A stretch of DNA of 53,320 nucleotides, filler included, from Circinaria calcarea (lineage: Eukaryota), in the NCBI GenBank assembly GCA_051942165.1. It is 4 parts of 4 records of this genome, joined end to end, with 100 filler letters (N's around TTAATTAATTAA, not from the genome) between each part and the next. Parts side by side here need not be neighbours in the genome. Positions count along the whole stretch, not along the records: positions 26,768 to 39,998 come from JAVECS010000518.1; positions 40,099 to 53,320 come from JAVECS010000519.1; 2 more parts are not named here. The stretch is one strand, 5' to 3'. Below the pieces are notes generated by a model that had not been told where the DNA came from, searched no databases, and saw only the letters and a program-made list of their open reading frames with translations. The position numbers and the translations under genes are program-made. Of the stretch, positions 34,354 to 46,954 are shown piece after piece (positions within the stretch are counted from its first letter, which is position 1; every line of letters begins with the position of its first letter).

Positions 34354-37186
34354 CTATACCGAGCAACTAGCAAGTTTCTCTATGACAAGTCTCTCAAAAT
34401 TCAAACGCAGAGCTATGCTCTCATGGGGTATGCTCTCAGATCCGTGTGATATCCCAAAATCTCCTGTCAAGCACACTTTGACAACCTCACTAAAGCGAAC
34501 TCCCATGTACTCTTTCAGTCGCGGTACCCGCTTCTCCAGAAGATGGGTACGTACCTCCTCAGGCGATAGTTTCCGATTCTTGATCATGGCGCTGATTGAT
34601 CTCCAGAGCCCGATCTCGAGAAGAGTCAGGCCAAGGCTATAATAGTCAAAGACAGCGTGGAATTTAAGGTAGTTCTTGAGATAATCAGGGTGTTGGTAGT
34701 CTCTCAAATCAGAGCCCTGGAGTGGTCCTTCTGTCTCGGAGAACGGTTCACTGGGCCGACTGTGACTGAATCCTATGATATATGGTCGCTTTGCAGAGTC
34801 CACTGGAGATGAGCCGTGAGGCGGGAAAAAAGCCACGTTAGTAGAGGATATGTTCTTATGCAACCATCCGACTTTGTGGATTTTGAGGACAGATACAGCT
34901 AAGGCATGCGCAAGCTTGAATCGGTCTCCAAGAACCGGTTTTTCAGGCTTGTCAAGGAGACTTCTCAGTGTAACGAAATCGAGGCGATGTTCAGCACTAG
35001 AGCTCGAGGATCGAGGAAAGTCAAAGACGAGACCGAACCGAGTGTTGCTTGGATCATGAAAATAGGCAGCACAATGAAGAACTCGAAAGTCTTCGAGCTT
35101 TTCGCTTACATTGAAATTTTTAGCGATGGCCTGGATCCGTACAAGACGCTCAAGCCCTCTCTTCTCGGCAATTACCGATGTGTGATATCGCATCCATTCC
35201 ACCAAAATTTGAGGAGCCTCGCCGTTCTTTGTTTTCTTCCTGTAACCAACGTCGAAACCTGAAATGCTGTCTACGCAATCCACATCATCTAATTCAATCC
35301 GCAAATTCGCGTCCAACTTCTCTGATGCCAAGATAGTCATAAGCCTGACAGAAGCCAGCAGTCCAACATTTTCTTCACTGAAGCACTGACATTCTTCTTG
35401 GAGAATACTCGGGTCTTGAATCTCAAGCAGAGAGCATTCTAGATGAGTTTGCATTCTCTCCCGGCCCCTTCCAGGTAGGAGACCAGTAAGACAATTATGG
35501 AAATGACGAATTGATGCAAACATTCGTTCGGTTATTGGCTGACCTGAAGCTACTATTGTCTCCAGCTCCTGTCGAAGTTGAAATAGGGTATCGAGGGTAG
35601 GCTCATAATCAGGTACAACTTCCTGCGTTGCCAGGTTCAAGTGACTCTCATGTACGCTGAGCCCGCAAGCCCATTTCCAGCTCTCGAATCTCTTGGCTTC
35701 AATGAAGTTTTGGGTTGATTGACTTCGTCCAGAAGTCTCACCATATAGATCGCTGACTATTTGAGCTACCGAGTCTAGCACAATGAAACGCAAATGAGAC
35801 GTAACTTCTGCAGCTGTCGGACGATCATCAGGTCTGATAGAGAGCATGCTCTTGATCAACAGGATCATAAGCTTGAGAGACCTTGGCCTCATCTCTGTAG
35901 TATCGCCGTCCAAACTTGAGAGCCACTGGGCTACTGCTGGGTTAGACTGATTCGGTCCGTTATGGAAATGGTAATATGTCCACTGTGCAACCTTATACCT
36001 TCTCTTGTTTCTGAATTCTGCCACACCAGTACTGCCCTGATTCATATAGGTCAAGACCTCTGCCATAATGCATCCGAAGGACCACATATCACTAGACCGA
36101 GATATAGCATACTTTTCAAAATTCTCGCCGAGATCCTCACATTCCGGTGCAAGATAATCGCCTTGCCCTTTTCTATGCAATGTTTTTGATGATTGCGAGG
36201 AATTCTTAAATCTCGAAAGCCCAAAGTCCGCGAGTATAAACCTACTGCCATCCACAAGAATATTTCGTGGTTTCAGGTCATGGTGACAGCCAATTTTCTC
36301 AAGACCGATCGTCTGAGCAGTGAAATTGTGTACTTTCTCAATTGCGGACGCAAGGTTGCTTAAAGCAACAACAAACGTCACGCTAGACTCGAATTCTGGA
36401 GGCCGCTCTCCCGCTAGGAGAGCATTGAGGTCACCGCGACTTACCCGTGGAAAGATAAGGTTGTGCTTGCCTCTATACGTGTATGAGCTAAGGAGCCTGA
36501 TAATGTTGGGATCGTTGAGATGATTTAGAAGTGATAAGTTATGCAGCTCATTTTCGTAATCTTCTTTGCTTGATTGCGGGAGAAACTCTTTTCTCACAAA
36601 CTAGACTCGCGACTTAGCAGTTTCCATCATGCTTTGTTAGGTTACACTATACCATTTCTCCAGAGGTAGGACTGAACTTTTGATGGGCATTGTGAAGTGT
36701 TATTTCATATATAACCCCAAAACCACCCTCTCCAATACAAGTCTCTTTGAGTATTGGCAAAATGGTTCGCTGTCCAAGAGACCTTGGAATTACTCTTTTT
36801 AAGAATACAGGTGCCGCCAACTCCCATTGCTTTTCGTCAAATCTGATGGCAACAGGTCCAGGGAGGATTTTCTCAAGCTCTCCTAAGGAGAAGGGGATTT
36901 TGGAGTCAAGTTGTGAGTGTGAGTCCGCAAATTGATCATTCCTCACGAAGTCAGATATGTACTTGCGTTGTCCAATGAGGAGAAGAATGGCGAAAATTCC
37001 GCATGCGCCTTTTATGATAGACTGAACCAGCTCATCTAGGTACTGAATACCGATGCCAGAGCTTGCAAGAGTATCTCGGACCGACTCTGCAGTTATAAGT
37101 TCGTTAATCGCTCGGTAGGGAATAAAATATCGACATTCGACGTTCTCCTGACGAAGTCTATGGATCTTATCTTCAAGGCATTCCAT
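34354..37186 (-). CDS. Tandem protein kinase + C-terminal pseudokinase protein
   Basis: Exon 37186-36653, intron 36652-36601, exon 36600-34354. Kinase 1: IGEGGFGVIY, VRKEF, HHDLKPRNIL, ADFGLS, YLAPE, SDMWSFGC. Domain 2: WLHKNISSTNVAFF, PYIIGFSHSRP, YQHPDY, DYYSLGLTLLEIGLW. Confidence 0.88.
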
Positions 37187-37677
37187 TATGCTTAGTGCCA
37201 GTGTATACGAATCGATATTGAAACTCAATAATAATGAAACCAGCGCTGCACCGATGACCCTTGTATAAGGATGCCACGGTGGCCTTACTTATAGGCTGTT
37301 TTGATTGGCTGGTGACATATTATTCCGGGCCAGCCTATTATCATAGTAAAACGGAAGGCTGAGAAATGGGACGCTAAATGCGGGGAGATCTTGCTTGACA
37401 TTATGGTTCTGCACTCTTGATCAAACTCGAGTTGAGAAAACTGTAATCAAGTCAATATCTATTGCAGTATTCTCTGGCCCCAGAGATTACTTTCGGAGCA
37501 TCCATTACGAAAGCTAGACTTGGGCCGTCTTCCCATCAAGAGATAAAATGTGGATTGATCGTGGTCCAGTTAGGATGTCTGAAGGTTAGCTTTCTTCAAT
37601 CAACCATTCTAAGGTGGGAGCTCACAAATTTAAAGACCTACTTGGCGCAACTTACTTGCTTCTACGTCATTAGCGGC

Positions 37678-39998
37678 ATGGCTGCAACCTCAGATATCGA
37701 TGACTCCCTTTCCGATAACTTGCCGACATTTACGAGGTCTGGGAACACCTTCAACAGCGCTGAGCTAGTAAACATTACCATCTTGGAGATACGATATGAT
37801 CTCCTCACCTTCCTCGGCCTCGCTCAATCACTGGACATCGAGTTCCTCCCCATCAGATGGCAACCTGATCTAGACAATGTTGGGGAGGGCGGGACAGCGG
37901 AAGTCCATGGAGCGTTGATCAATATACAATGGAGCTTCGCATTCAAAGTACCGAAGCTAGTACGATTGATGCAGTCCGAAGATGAGGAGACCAAACTTTT
38001 CCGCGCCCTCATCACAGAAATATTAGTCTTGGGTCATCCAGAGGTCCAGAAACATCCAAACATTATCAGCATTGAAGGAATATGCTTCCATGTCATTCGT
38101 GAGAGTCAAAAGGTATGGCCAGTTTTAGTGTTCGAAAAGACGCGGCATGGAGACCTAAAATCTTTCATGGAAACGCCTTTAGGGAGAAGTTTGAGTTTCC
38201 AGAAGAGACTTGAGCTGTGCACTGGCGTTGCTACTGCTATTATGAATTTACACGCAAATCGTAAGAGCAGACGTGATTCATTTATCTTAGCAGTTTCATT
38301 AACGGAGGAGAAGGTATAATTCATGGAGACATCAAACCTCAAAACGTTCTTATTTCCGAACATGCTAGTGACTGCTATGTGGCAAGGGTAGCAGACTTTG
38401 GATACTCCACTTGGCTTGCAAATGAAGCCGATCGCGTCAGAATGCCTGGGTCCAGACCTTGGGTTGCTCCAGAATGGCACCATCGAGGTTTCACAACCGA
38501 CCGTGTGGGTGCAATGAAAATGGATGCGTACTCCTTTGGTGCTCTGTGCTTGTGGATTCTTTTCTACAACACTGAAGATGTCGAAAGTCATGACTTCTAT
38601 ATCGATTTCGGATCAGAGCATTTGAAAACAGATCTTGCGGATCGACTGATAATCGCAAAATCTGGCTTGAATGTGCAAGAAAGGGTCAAACTTTCCCAGC
38701 TGTTTTACTGGACACTTGCCCTTGATCCCATAAATCGAACGGCTACTTTCAGAGAGATCCTACAGCTACTCATACCGAATAAGTGAGATAAGCTCCCCTT
38801 CATGAAAGGCAGTGCTAATAATTGATAGTGCGCCAAATTCTTTCAATCTCATGCTATCCGAAACTAGCTTGCATGCTCTTCGCAAGAATTTTCGTGTAAG
38901 TTTATAATAGCATTCTTTCTTTCTTTCTGAACGTGAACCAGAACTTTTCAAGTTAACTTTTAATTAGTTAGCGTCAGCGTTTCCTCAACTTTATCGAGTA
39001 CACTATAAAGTACGTGCTTATATCGCTACATGCCTTGCAGAGAGGGCCTCCAGCCTATCTATACTCGATTCACAGGACGCGGCTATCGAGCTTGCACTTT
39101 GTTATAGACTCGGGTTTGGTGTAGATAAAAACGAGACCAAATCGGAGTTACTTCTAAAACAAACCAAAACATGGCAAAAGCTAGAAAACGACATTCGTTA
39201 TTTGAAATACGGTATACCAAAAGCACTTTATACAAGGAATAACTATTCTAGATTATCCTCGTTAGGCTACCATCAAATAATGAACTTTGGTCAATATTAT
39301 CTTGAACTGGCAGAGCTGGATTTCATTGTGCCAAGATATCGGAAAGAGATTGCAGACTTAGAAAGTATATTGGGTCCGGAACATCTTTTTGTTTTCCGTC
39401 TTCAATTAGATCTGTACTCTGTTTTAGAAAAACAAGAACGATGGGAAGAAGTAGCAGATTTGTACCAAGCAGCTGTGCAAAAGAATTCCAAAAGAAAAAT
39501 TTGTCCCGGCTTAGATGAATTAGTTATTAAACAGCATTTGGTTAGATCTTATTCAAAATTGGGAAAGTTGGAGGAAGCAGAAGAAATACAGATGCAGGTA
39601 GTAGAGTCGATGAACTCGAACCAGAGTTTTACGAGTGGTCCGGACCATCCACATGCAATGGCTAGCGTAAGTGTACTTGCGTCTCTCTACTTCGAACAAA
39701 AACGATTCAAGAATGCAGAAGAATTACAGACGCAATTGCTGCAGCGAAGAAAAAGAGTACTAGGTCCACGCCATCCTTCTACGCTGGTTACGATGCATAA
39801 TCTTGCAACAAGTCTTTTAAGACAAGAGCGGTGGAAAGAAGTAGAAGAGCTAGAGTTGCAAGTTTTAACACCAATAGAGCATAATCCAAAGTATCAAGGT
39901 GCAGCCGCCAGCATGAGCAATCTTGCTTCAGCGTATTACCACCAGGGAAGATTAAAGGAAGCAGAAGAACTCCGGGTGCAGGAGATAGAAATGAGAAA
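37678..39998 (+). CDS. Protein kinase - Sel1-like - TPR repeat protein, 3' truncated by contig end
   Basis: Exons 37678-38260, 38314-38782, 38829-38895, 38968-39998. GEGGTAEV, FAFK, HPNII, IIHGDIKPQNVL, VADFGYS, PWVAPE; Sel1-like ELALCYRLGFGVDKN; kinesin-light-chain-type TPRs (LGPRHPSTLVTMHNLA, SMSNLASAYYHQGRLKEAEEL). Confidence 0.87.
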
Positions 39999-40098
39999 NN
40001 NNNNNNNNNNNNNNNNNNNNNNNNNNNNNNNNNNNNNNNNNNTTAATTAATTAANNNNNNNNNNNNNNNNNNNNNNNNNNNNNNNNNNNNNNNNNNNN
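39999..40098. other. Artificial contig spacer
   Basis: 44 N + TTAATTAATTAA (40043-40054) + 44 N. Confidence 0.97.
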
Positions 40099-40191
40099 GG
40101 GAAAGGGAAAGGGAAAGGGAAAGGGAAAGGGAAAGGGAAAGGGAAAGGGAAAGGGAAAGGGAAAGGGAAAGGGAAAGGGAAAGGGAAAGGG
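40099..40191. repeat. (GGGAAA)n hexanucleotide microsatellite, ~15 units, at contig start
   Basis: Direct sequence; a likely cause of the assembly break. Confidence 0.95.
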
Positions 40192-40569
40192 ACAAGAAAG
40201 GATGGAGGTCAAAGAGTAGAGGAGGGGAGGGGCAAAAGGGGAATCGGAGAGTTGGGATCCTTTGCTTGGCTTAGCGGGGTGTTTGGAAGACGTTTGTGTA
40301 GCCGCTGGGGCGTAGTGTACGTATCTGACAACGTACTTCGCCTGAAGAGTACTGATACTTTTTTTTCCCCTGGGGATTATTGCCCGTAGCTGCTCTGGAG
40401 GTGGGAGAGGCCTTCCTTGAAACGGGGCTGGAAGTGATATGCCGTATATGGCTCGTACTCTCCACAGACTCACCCCGATATGCTTACACCCCCATGTTAT
40501 TATAACCCAAGATACTTGTATCTTCAAATGCTGTGTCTCCAGGACTGCATACCAGCTGGCCAGCGATAG

Positions 40570-41187
40570 TTATGCATTACCATCTCCGATACAGGTCCCA
40601 GCCGCCCAACTAAAACTTCTCCCCACCTCCACGTGCGCCTGCTTTCCTTCCGGATCCCACCCCCTTCTGTGTTTGGCTTCCGGCTTCTTGGAGATCTCTT
40701 CCCCCACAGTCAACGCCATCTTCGTATTGAACGATAATTTCTTCCATATCTCTTCCATCTGTTCGTGCTGTGCGGTCAGTCCATACAATCCCTCTTTCTT
40801 TTTCCGTCTGACTTCCTTTGCCTCTTCGAAAAGATCACTGGTGTGTTCGACAAATTTAAAAGTCTGTTGCATGTTCCACCGAGCACATGTGTCCTGCAAG
40901 ACGACGATGATGCCCGAGACAAGAGCGGGGATGGATCGAGCGGCGAAGCCTACTTTAATGGGGCCCATATCGATTCCTCTCCATCGTGAAGGTTGAGCGT
41001 GAGGCGCCCCTGGGACGGACTCTTCCACTGGGACAGGCTCCTCCTCAGAAGACATTGATTTGAAGCAGCGGAATGTGCTGAACCAATTCTTACCGTACAT
41101 CTTGCGAAGCTCTGCTGAAGCATATTTTATGCGATGCCACAGTGGCTTCAATACCCACTTTTTGCTAGGTCCCATGGCTGTGATCAT
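40570..41187 (-). CDS. Hypothetical protein or degenerate gene
   Basis: 205-aa ORF with protein-like charged composition but no recognised motif; the upstream frame from ~41339 stops early. Confidence 0.3.
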   Translation of the reverse strand: MITAMGPSKKWVLKPLWHRIKYASAELRKMYGKNWFSTFRCFKSMSSEEEPVPVEESVPGAPHAQPSRWRGIDMGPIKVGFAARSIPALVSGIIVVLQDTCARWNMQQTFKFVEHTSDLFEEAKEVRRKKKEGLYGLTAQHEQMEEIWKKLSFNTKMALTVGEEISKKPEAKHRRGWDPEGKQAHVEVGRSFSWAAGTCIGDGNA

Positions 41188-42073
41188 CGTCTTCGCTACG
41201 AAGACGATGGCTCTAATGCAAAAAAGAAGGGGAATCCAATACCACTTGATTTGACGGCAGGGCCACCCGCTGAAGGAGGTGTGATTGCAAGAGCCGGCTT
41301 CTTCGGCTTTTGGGGTGTCTGGGGAGTCTGCTGATTCATAATCGAAGAGCTAAGGGCTGTGGATGTCCTTGGAGTTAATTCTTAGGTTAGGAAGTTGCAA
41401 TTGTGATGTCAGTAAGAGTTGATTGGGTGTACGGATTATTCTCGCTGGTGCACCTGTAGCTCGTCAAGAGGGACACATGTTTTATATCTCAGTCTATGGG
41501 CGGGTGAGTCATCTACCTACGTATTGTGGTTATTCTTTTACCGGTGCATAGTCACAGACATCCATCACTAGAACGTATGAACATTCATGGCTACCAATCA
41601 TTGTTCCAAGTGGTTCAGTTTCTATGCTCTTATTGACCTATCTCGTAGTGTGCCGCTGTCAACCTATTCAGGTTAGAGGTTCGGATGCACGTTCCGCCGC
41701 CCCCGCGCACATATCATAGATAGAGCCTTCTGCTGCTACATAGATAGATCAGACCTTCACACCACGACGATTGCCACTATTGCTACGTGCGATAGCGAGC
41801 TTCACAGCCGCCACCTCTCTGACAACCTGCATGAAGGTGCACATATGCCGTGATTTGAGCCTATGCGTTGACCAGGGTCTGGCAGATGTCCTATCAGACC
41901 CTAAGCATTGTATGAGGATGTGGGGGATAGGCACTGGGTTACATCGCCTGGGACTAATAGATGGAATCTGGCGGGCTATATTCCCGTCGCGATCAAACGC
42001 ATCAACATTCTCGGAGGTGTTGACACAATTTTGATTGGTCGCATTGCTTCTTAAATGTACACATTCATACATC

Positions 42074-43291
42074 TCAAGCGTATATAGCCGCTCTTTTTCT
42101 ATGGAGATATTCGCCTGCATTAATAGGCTCCCACCTACTCGGTACTTGGTCTCTGCAGCAGCACGGAAGAGCTTCAACAACTGTCGCAGGGTCAGGAGCG
42201 CTAAAATAAGCAATACTGTATCTTTCGGGAATTGCCTCCGTACCACCATCGCCTCTTTCAGCAGTAATGTCGAAGTTTGAACCCTGTAAGCCCTGTTCCT
42301 TCCAATGAGGAGGCTTTGATACCCTATGAACCGTATTTTTCCATCGGCCATTACTCCACCTCATAAGCAGGTACCCCACGTTAACTATAATCGTCCCTGG
42401 TTTCGGATCAATGTGTATAAACCTCCCACTTGTTTCGACCCCAGCACTTGTCCCACTACTCGTGGAGCTCGTATCCGCTATTTCGAGACCACCAACATCG
42501 TCCTGAAAAAGAAGTGTCAGGGTACCGAAGTCAGAGTGCGCTGGATTACGGGTGAGTCCTGCGGATGAGAGGAGTCCTGCGGATATGACAGGGTAATGTA
42601 TAAGACTTAAATCGAAGAGGGAACTGGCATGGTATTGGTCAAGCGAATGTTCGGTGGATAGGTTCAGCGCTAGGGATAGGCACTCAAGTAGTTGATGTAT
42701 AAGCTTGGCACAGTCCTACGTTTTTGGGAATGTCAGACCCCTAAGTACATAAGTAACATTTTTGAAAAGGATTTGTACCTGAAAGAAATCCTCCGTGAAG
42801 TGGCGAAAGCCTGGCAACAGCTCCTCTGTTGGCCAGCTGTTACGTCGTTCATCGTCCTCTGGATTGCCACAATCGAAATTCTCTTTCATGCATATCTGGT
42901 CACGGACCTTCTCGTTTCCTATACCCGAATACCCGCGGTTGTGTAATCGAGGTGATGGATGGATTGCCCCCTTATCGGAGTCCGAGAGGGCGAAAAGACG
43001 TTTGCTCTGCGCGTCGCGATTATATCAGCATTAAAAGCTACCGGCTGGGAGGCTGTGAGAGATTCAACTTACCCATTGAAAACATGCGCCGACCTTGCGT
43101 TGCTCAATACCATGATTGTGGAGGCGAATAAAGCCCACGGAGCTTAGAGCTTCGTCGATTGCAGAGGCAGTCCGCTGGCGATCGCCAGCAGAGCCACGAA
43201 GGAAGGGATTGAAATCAATAGACGGGATAGTTGGATGCATCTGAGCAAGACTATAGGTCCTCGCGAATCGCAATGGTCTTGATGTGAACAT
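42074..43291 (-). CDS. 2-oxoglutarate/Fe(II) dioxygenase (3 exons), possible mitochondrial presequence
   Basis: IPSIDFNPF..GFIRLHNHGI, NRGYSGIGNE, KENFDCG, LIHYP, PAHSDFGTLTLLFQDDVGGLE, VNVGYLLMRWSNGRWKNTVHRV, RYSIAYF; two GT-AG introns near 43071-43009 and 42778-42717; spliced frame is intact. Confidence 0.9.
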
Positions 43292-43487
43292 GTTGCAATG
43301 ATGTAGCAACTGGGAGGTTTGAATGGCGACAAGCATAGCCGAGAACGCGGCAATACGCACAACACTTAAGAAATGACGTACTGCAAATCCGAACAAAGGA
43401 CCCCTCCAAGCGATCCCGGAGATGCGTGCTGTATGCAAACAACGAAGGGTTAGAAGCGGGAAGCGAGAAATGAAATAACGGTAAAAT

Positions 43488-46400
43488 TCAATTTGGCATG
43501 ATCTCTCTTCTAGTATCTATGCCACCCTCCGGAATCGAAACCTTGAGCCAATTGAGCAAAAAAGTTCCTAGGCCTGTCCACCAATATTCCCGCCCTACTT
43601 CTCTGAAACAATTCCTTGCCCGCTTTAGGAGTGTCTCCGCTTCTACTAATCTACCAAGCTTCTTGTTGATATCACAAACGCAATAATCGATGATCATAGG
43701 GATAAATCTTGTAACCTTATTCTTACAAACCTCTGCAGGCTTGCGGGCATCCTCCCAGCGATCATGAGCTTCAGTCAAGCGGTTCGCCAGATGTGAGACT
43801 AAAGCTTTCCCAATGCAGACCCTCAAATAGTCCAGTTCTGAGCCCCAAGTGCCCTCTCCACGTCTTTTAATCAGTTCATATTCTCCCTTCATCCCCTCAT
43901 ACATGCGTTCAGACTCCACTAGCCACTGGTTCATCTTGTTAGTATCTTTACCACCATCGACTCTTTCGACTAACGCGTGGCAGATCAGCGTTTCTGCTAA
44001 CGAGAGTTGTAAAGATCTGAACATCTTTAGGCCTTGTCGCTTTAGACCCTGTTTGTCAAAGTCTCTACAGCTCATCACTGCCTGGCGTACAATCCTCTCT
44101 GCGAGATCTATATGACGTTGTTCGCAAAGGACTGCAATATAATGACCAGTGAGATTGCAGCCCATCTCATTCGATAGACTTGATCTCGACTCCAGTAATC
44201 GGTAGAACATCTTGCTTGCCTCGGGGAAGAGAGCTTTCCAACGATAAATTTTTCCCTCAATAAATAGATGATGATCCTTTTCTTGCTCCTCGATCGTCGT
44301 TGGAACGGCATGGAAATACTCAAATTTCCTCAATTCCTCGAGTGCACCATCCAGATCACCAGAACCTTCCATAATTCGGTCCTGTGCATTTGATCGAACA
44401 TGTTCGCCATAGAGAGCATTAGTCCTAGGGTCAATCGGGAATAGCTCCTCGTAAATACTCTCTACTGGCATGTTTGGAATTCTGCGCAAAATATCTCTCC
44501 TGCGTTGTCTTGCGAACATCCGGAGATACAATGTTCCATTTCCAAGTTGCGGATGATCCGACAAGATCTCCTCGGCTAATTCGATAGCATGATGCTTCCA
44601 ATCTCGGCCAAGGAATTTCGAGGACAGCAAAAGAGCTAGCAGTATGCCATGTCCAGCGGAAGGGTGTGTATGTATCCTGTCTCTGAGGCCTTGACAGTGT
44701 GTGAAAGCATGTCGGAGTTGGGGTAGCAGTGCCCTGCCTGTATCTCCAAAGCTGTTGAGCATATGATTAGCAAATCTGCACAGTTGAGTATGTCGGATAC
44801 TGACCCAATCTCCTCAAGTCTCCCAGGGAATGAATGGCAGACAAGGACCAACCGTAACCATTCTAGCTCTTCTAAATTTGGTGTGATGTCCATTATACAT
44901 TCTTGTACGTCCGGCTTAATTGAGAATCTCCGCTTGCCTAAAGCGCCAGGTTCTGATTTGATAAACCCGGACGATTCAAGAAGTCGAATATTTTCGTGGA
45001 ATTGGGCTTGGCGCGTTAGAAAGTCGACGAGCGTGGCATTCACCGAAACGTTGACGTGTTCGATTTCGCCATCGCAACTCCACCATTCACGTGTGCTCCG
45101 CATGCGGCAAAACAGAATCTCGGGGATATCATCTGGGTGTAATGAGCACAAAAATGTCAGGAGCATCGCTGCATCTGGTGACGTCTGTTCCAACTCCAGA
45201 ATTCTTTCATCCCAGGACATCGATAGAAGCGATGCCGATACGGGCGTGACGTTTGATGTCGGCGACATGTACGACGATTGGACGGATTGAGATGTACTAG
45301 CGGAACAATATTGCACGTGATCCGAGGTCAGAGTTCTCGGCGGGAGGTTTAATGTGTTCGATGAAGCGTCATGGAGGGGGTTTCGTAAATGATTGCCTGG
45401 GGCCGGTGCAGATGATGAGCTGCAGTTTGCCTGGGGATGCAATGCCCAGTGCGAATACCTCGAATCATCGATAGAGCGCCCAAGAGCGAACGGCGGACAG
45501 TCCGTAGTAATTGCGCGTTCATCCGGTGTAGCATTTGCAATAATCATGCTTTCGTGACCGCTCCCCTCAGAATATAAGCGACGCGGATCTGATGCCCCGA
45601 TCGTGAGATAGGAATTGGATGCTAGAGTCAGGTATTAGTGATGGCCTTAACGAAGTTCGGTTGATCTCACCTGAAGTCAGACAGAATAGTTTCAGAAGCG
45701 TCTTTGATTCGTGATTCAAATCTGAGAACGCCTTTTTAATCTTGTTTTGTGGATTCACCTCGGTGGATGTATTATCGTTCGTGGGTAAACTGATATGGTG
45801 CTGCAGCACTACCCTAGGTTGCCGCGGATCGTCATGCTGCAATAGAGCATTAGGCTGCAATGGAGTGATAGGTCGTGACGGAGTGCTATGCTGTGAACGT
45901 TCTAGCGTCCGGGGGTCTGAGCTGCTTGAGATCTCTTCAACCCTTCTTTTGCGCTTATGAAGAACAATGTCAAGCAGATGATTTGCAGTATGATCTAATA
46001 TAGCTCAGCTAGTGTAGTATAAAAAAGAACAAGCCCTTACTCTCATAAAGACCCAGCTCACGAGCCTTTTTATTAAGCACATCACAGCTTAAGGCACCAT
46101 TTGTTGATATATATTTCAGAATTTTCACCCGGTGAGCGTCGTTCATTTTTCGCAGTTTGTTCTTTCCCAAACTACATATCACCAGGAGAGCAAATGGCCA
46201 GCCTAACCATCTTGAGATAAGCCACACAAAGTCTCTTGCAATTTTAAGCTCATAATGATCGAGCGTAGTGTTGCCAATCATAATTTGGATGAATGAGTTT
46301 GTGCCTTCCAACTGTTGGCGATGTTCTTTGCTCAAGGTACAGGACTTAGTGATTTGCCTTGCATTTGATTGAAGGGAATTGCAGTATTTTATCAGCAACT

Positions 46401-46602
46401 GATCATCCTGAGGACTTCGTCTTCCAGCAAGTTCTGTTTCGAGCGCATACGCTGCGGTGCGGCATTGCAAGGCGAGCTCTTTGATTTCCTCGTCTGTAAC
46501 ATCGTCAAGGCCGTATACCCATTGGATGCTGGAACGTGTCGAAGTAGATAACGTGACGCTAGTTGTAGAAGGTGGTACCGAATTATGGTTGACGTGGAGC
46601 AT
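43488..46602 (-). CDS. Large hypothetical protein with NLR-type winged-helix-like segment and helical/TPR-like C-terminus
   Basis: Four ORF-track pieces join via GT-AG introns (~46040-45995, 45670-45622, 44803-44753). AAMLLTFLCSLHPDDIPEILF and subsequent helices resemble the region after NB-ARC in fungal NLR-like proteins; HKRKRR basic patch. Confidence 0.65.
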
Positions 46603-46954
46603 TGTAGTTTTCCTCTAAATTTTGCCAGTAAGACTGAGAATTGGCGTCAAGCTGCGGAGTATTTATGAATTCTTGGATCATCCCGCGGAACGGGTAGCCT
46701 ACGCGTTCGGCTACCAGTAATTAGCGCGTGGCTAAAAGGTTTTAGACGCTAAACAGGGTTTCAGATTCTCGTACTACCGGGGAATGACCAACGGAATTCC
46801 GTCACCACTGCTTTGCCACCCTAAAACTAGTGCTACCCACTCGGTCCATCACCTTGGTGATTGGTTGACCTATAAGCTTCGCATAAAAAATCTCTCGATT
46901 ATAGATATGATTCCGACAGGTTAGACCAGCCCATTCCACCTTTCACAAAGCAGT

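Noticed and set aside
40099..40191. Possible telomere repeat at contig end
   Set aside because: The unit is GGGAAA rather than TTAGGG, and the G-rich strand points inward from the contig start.
40051..40527. ORF with a (PF)n repeat
   Set aside because: Translation of the (GGGAAA)n microsatellite running into the gap.
41749..42351. 200-aa minus-strand ORF
   Set aside because: Alternative frame overlapping the last exon and 3' UTR of the dioxygenase; no motifs.
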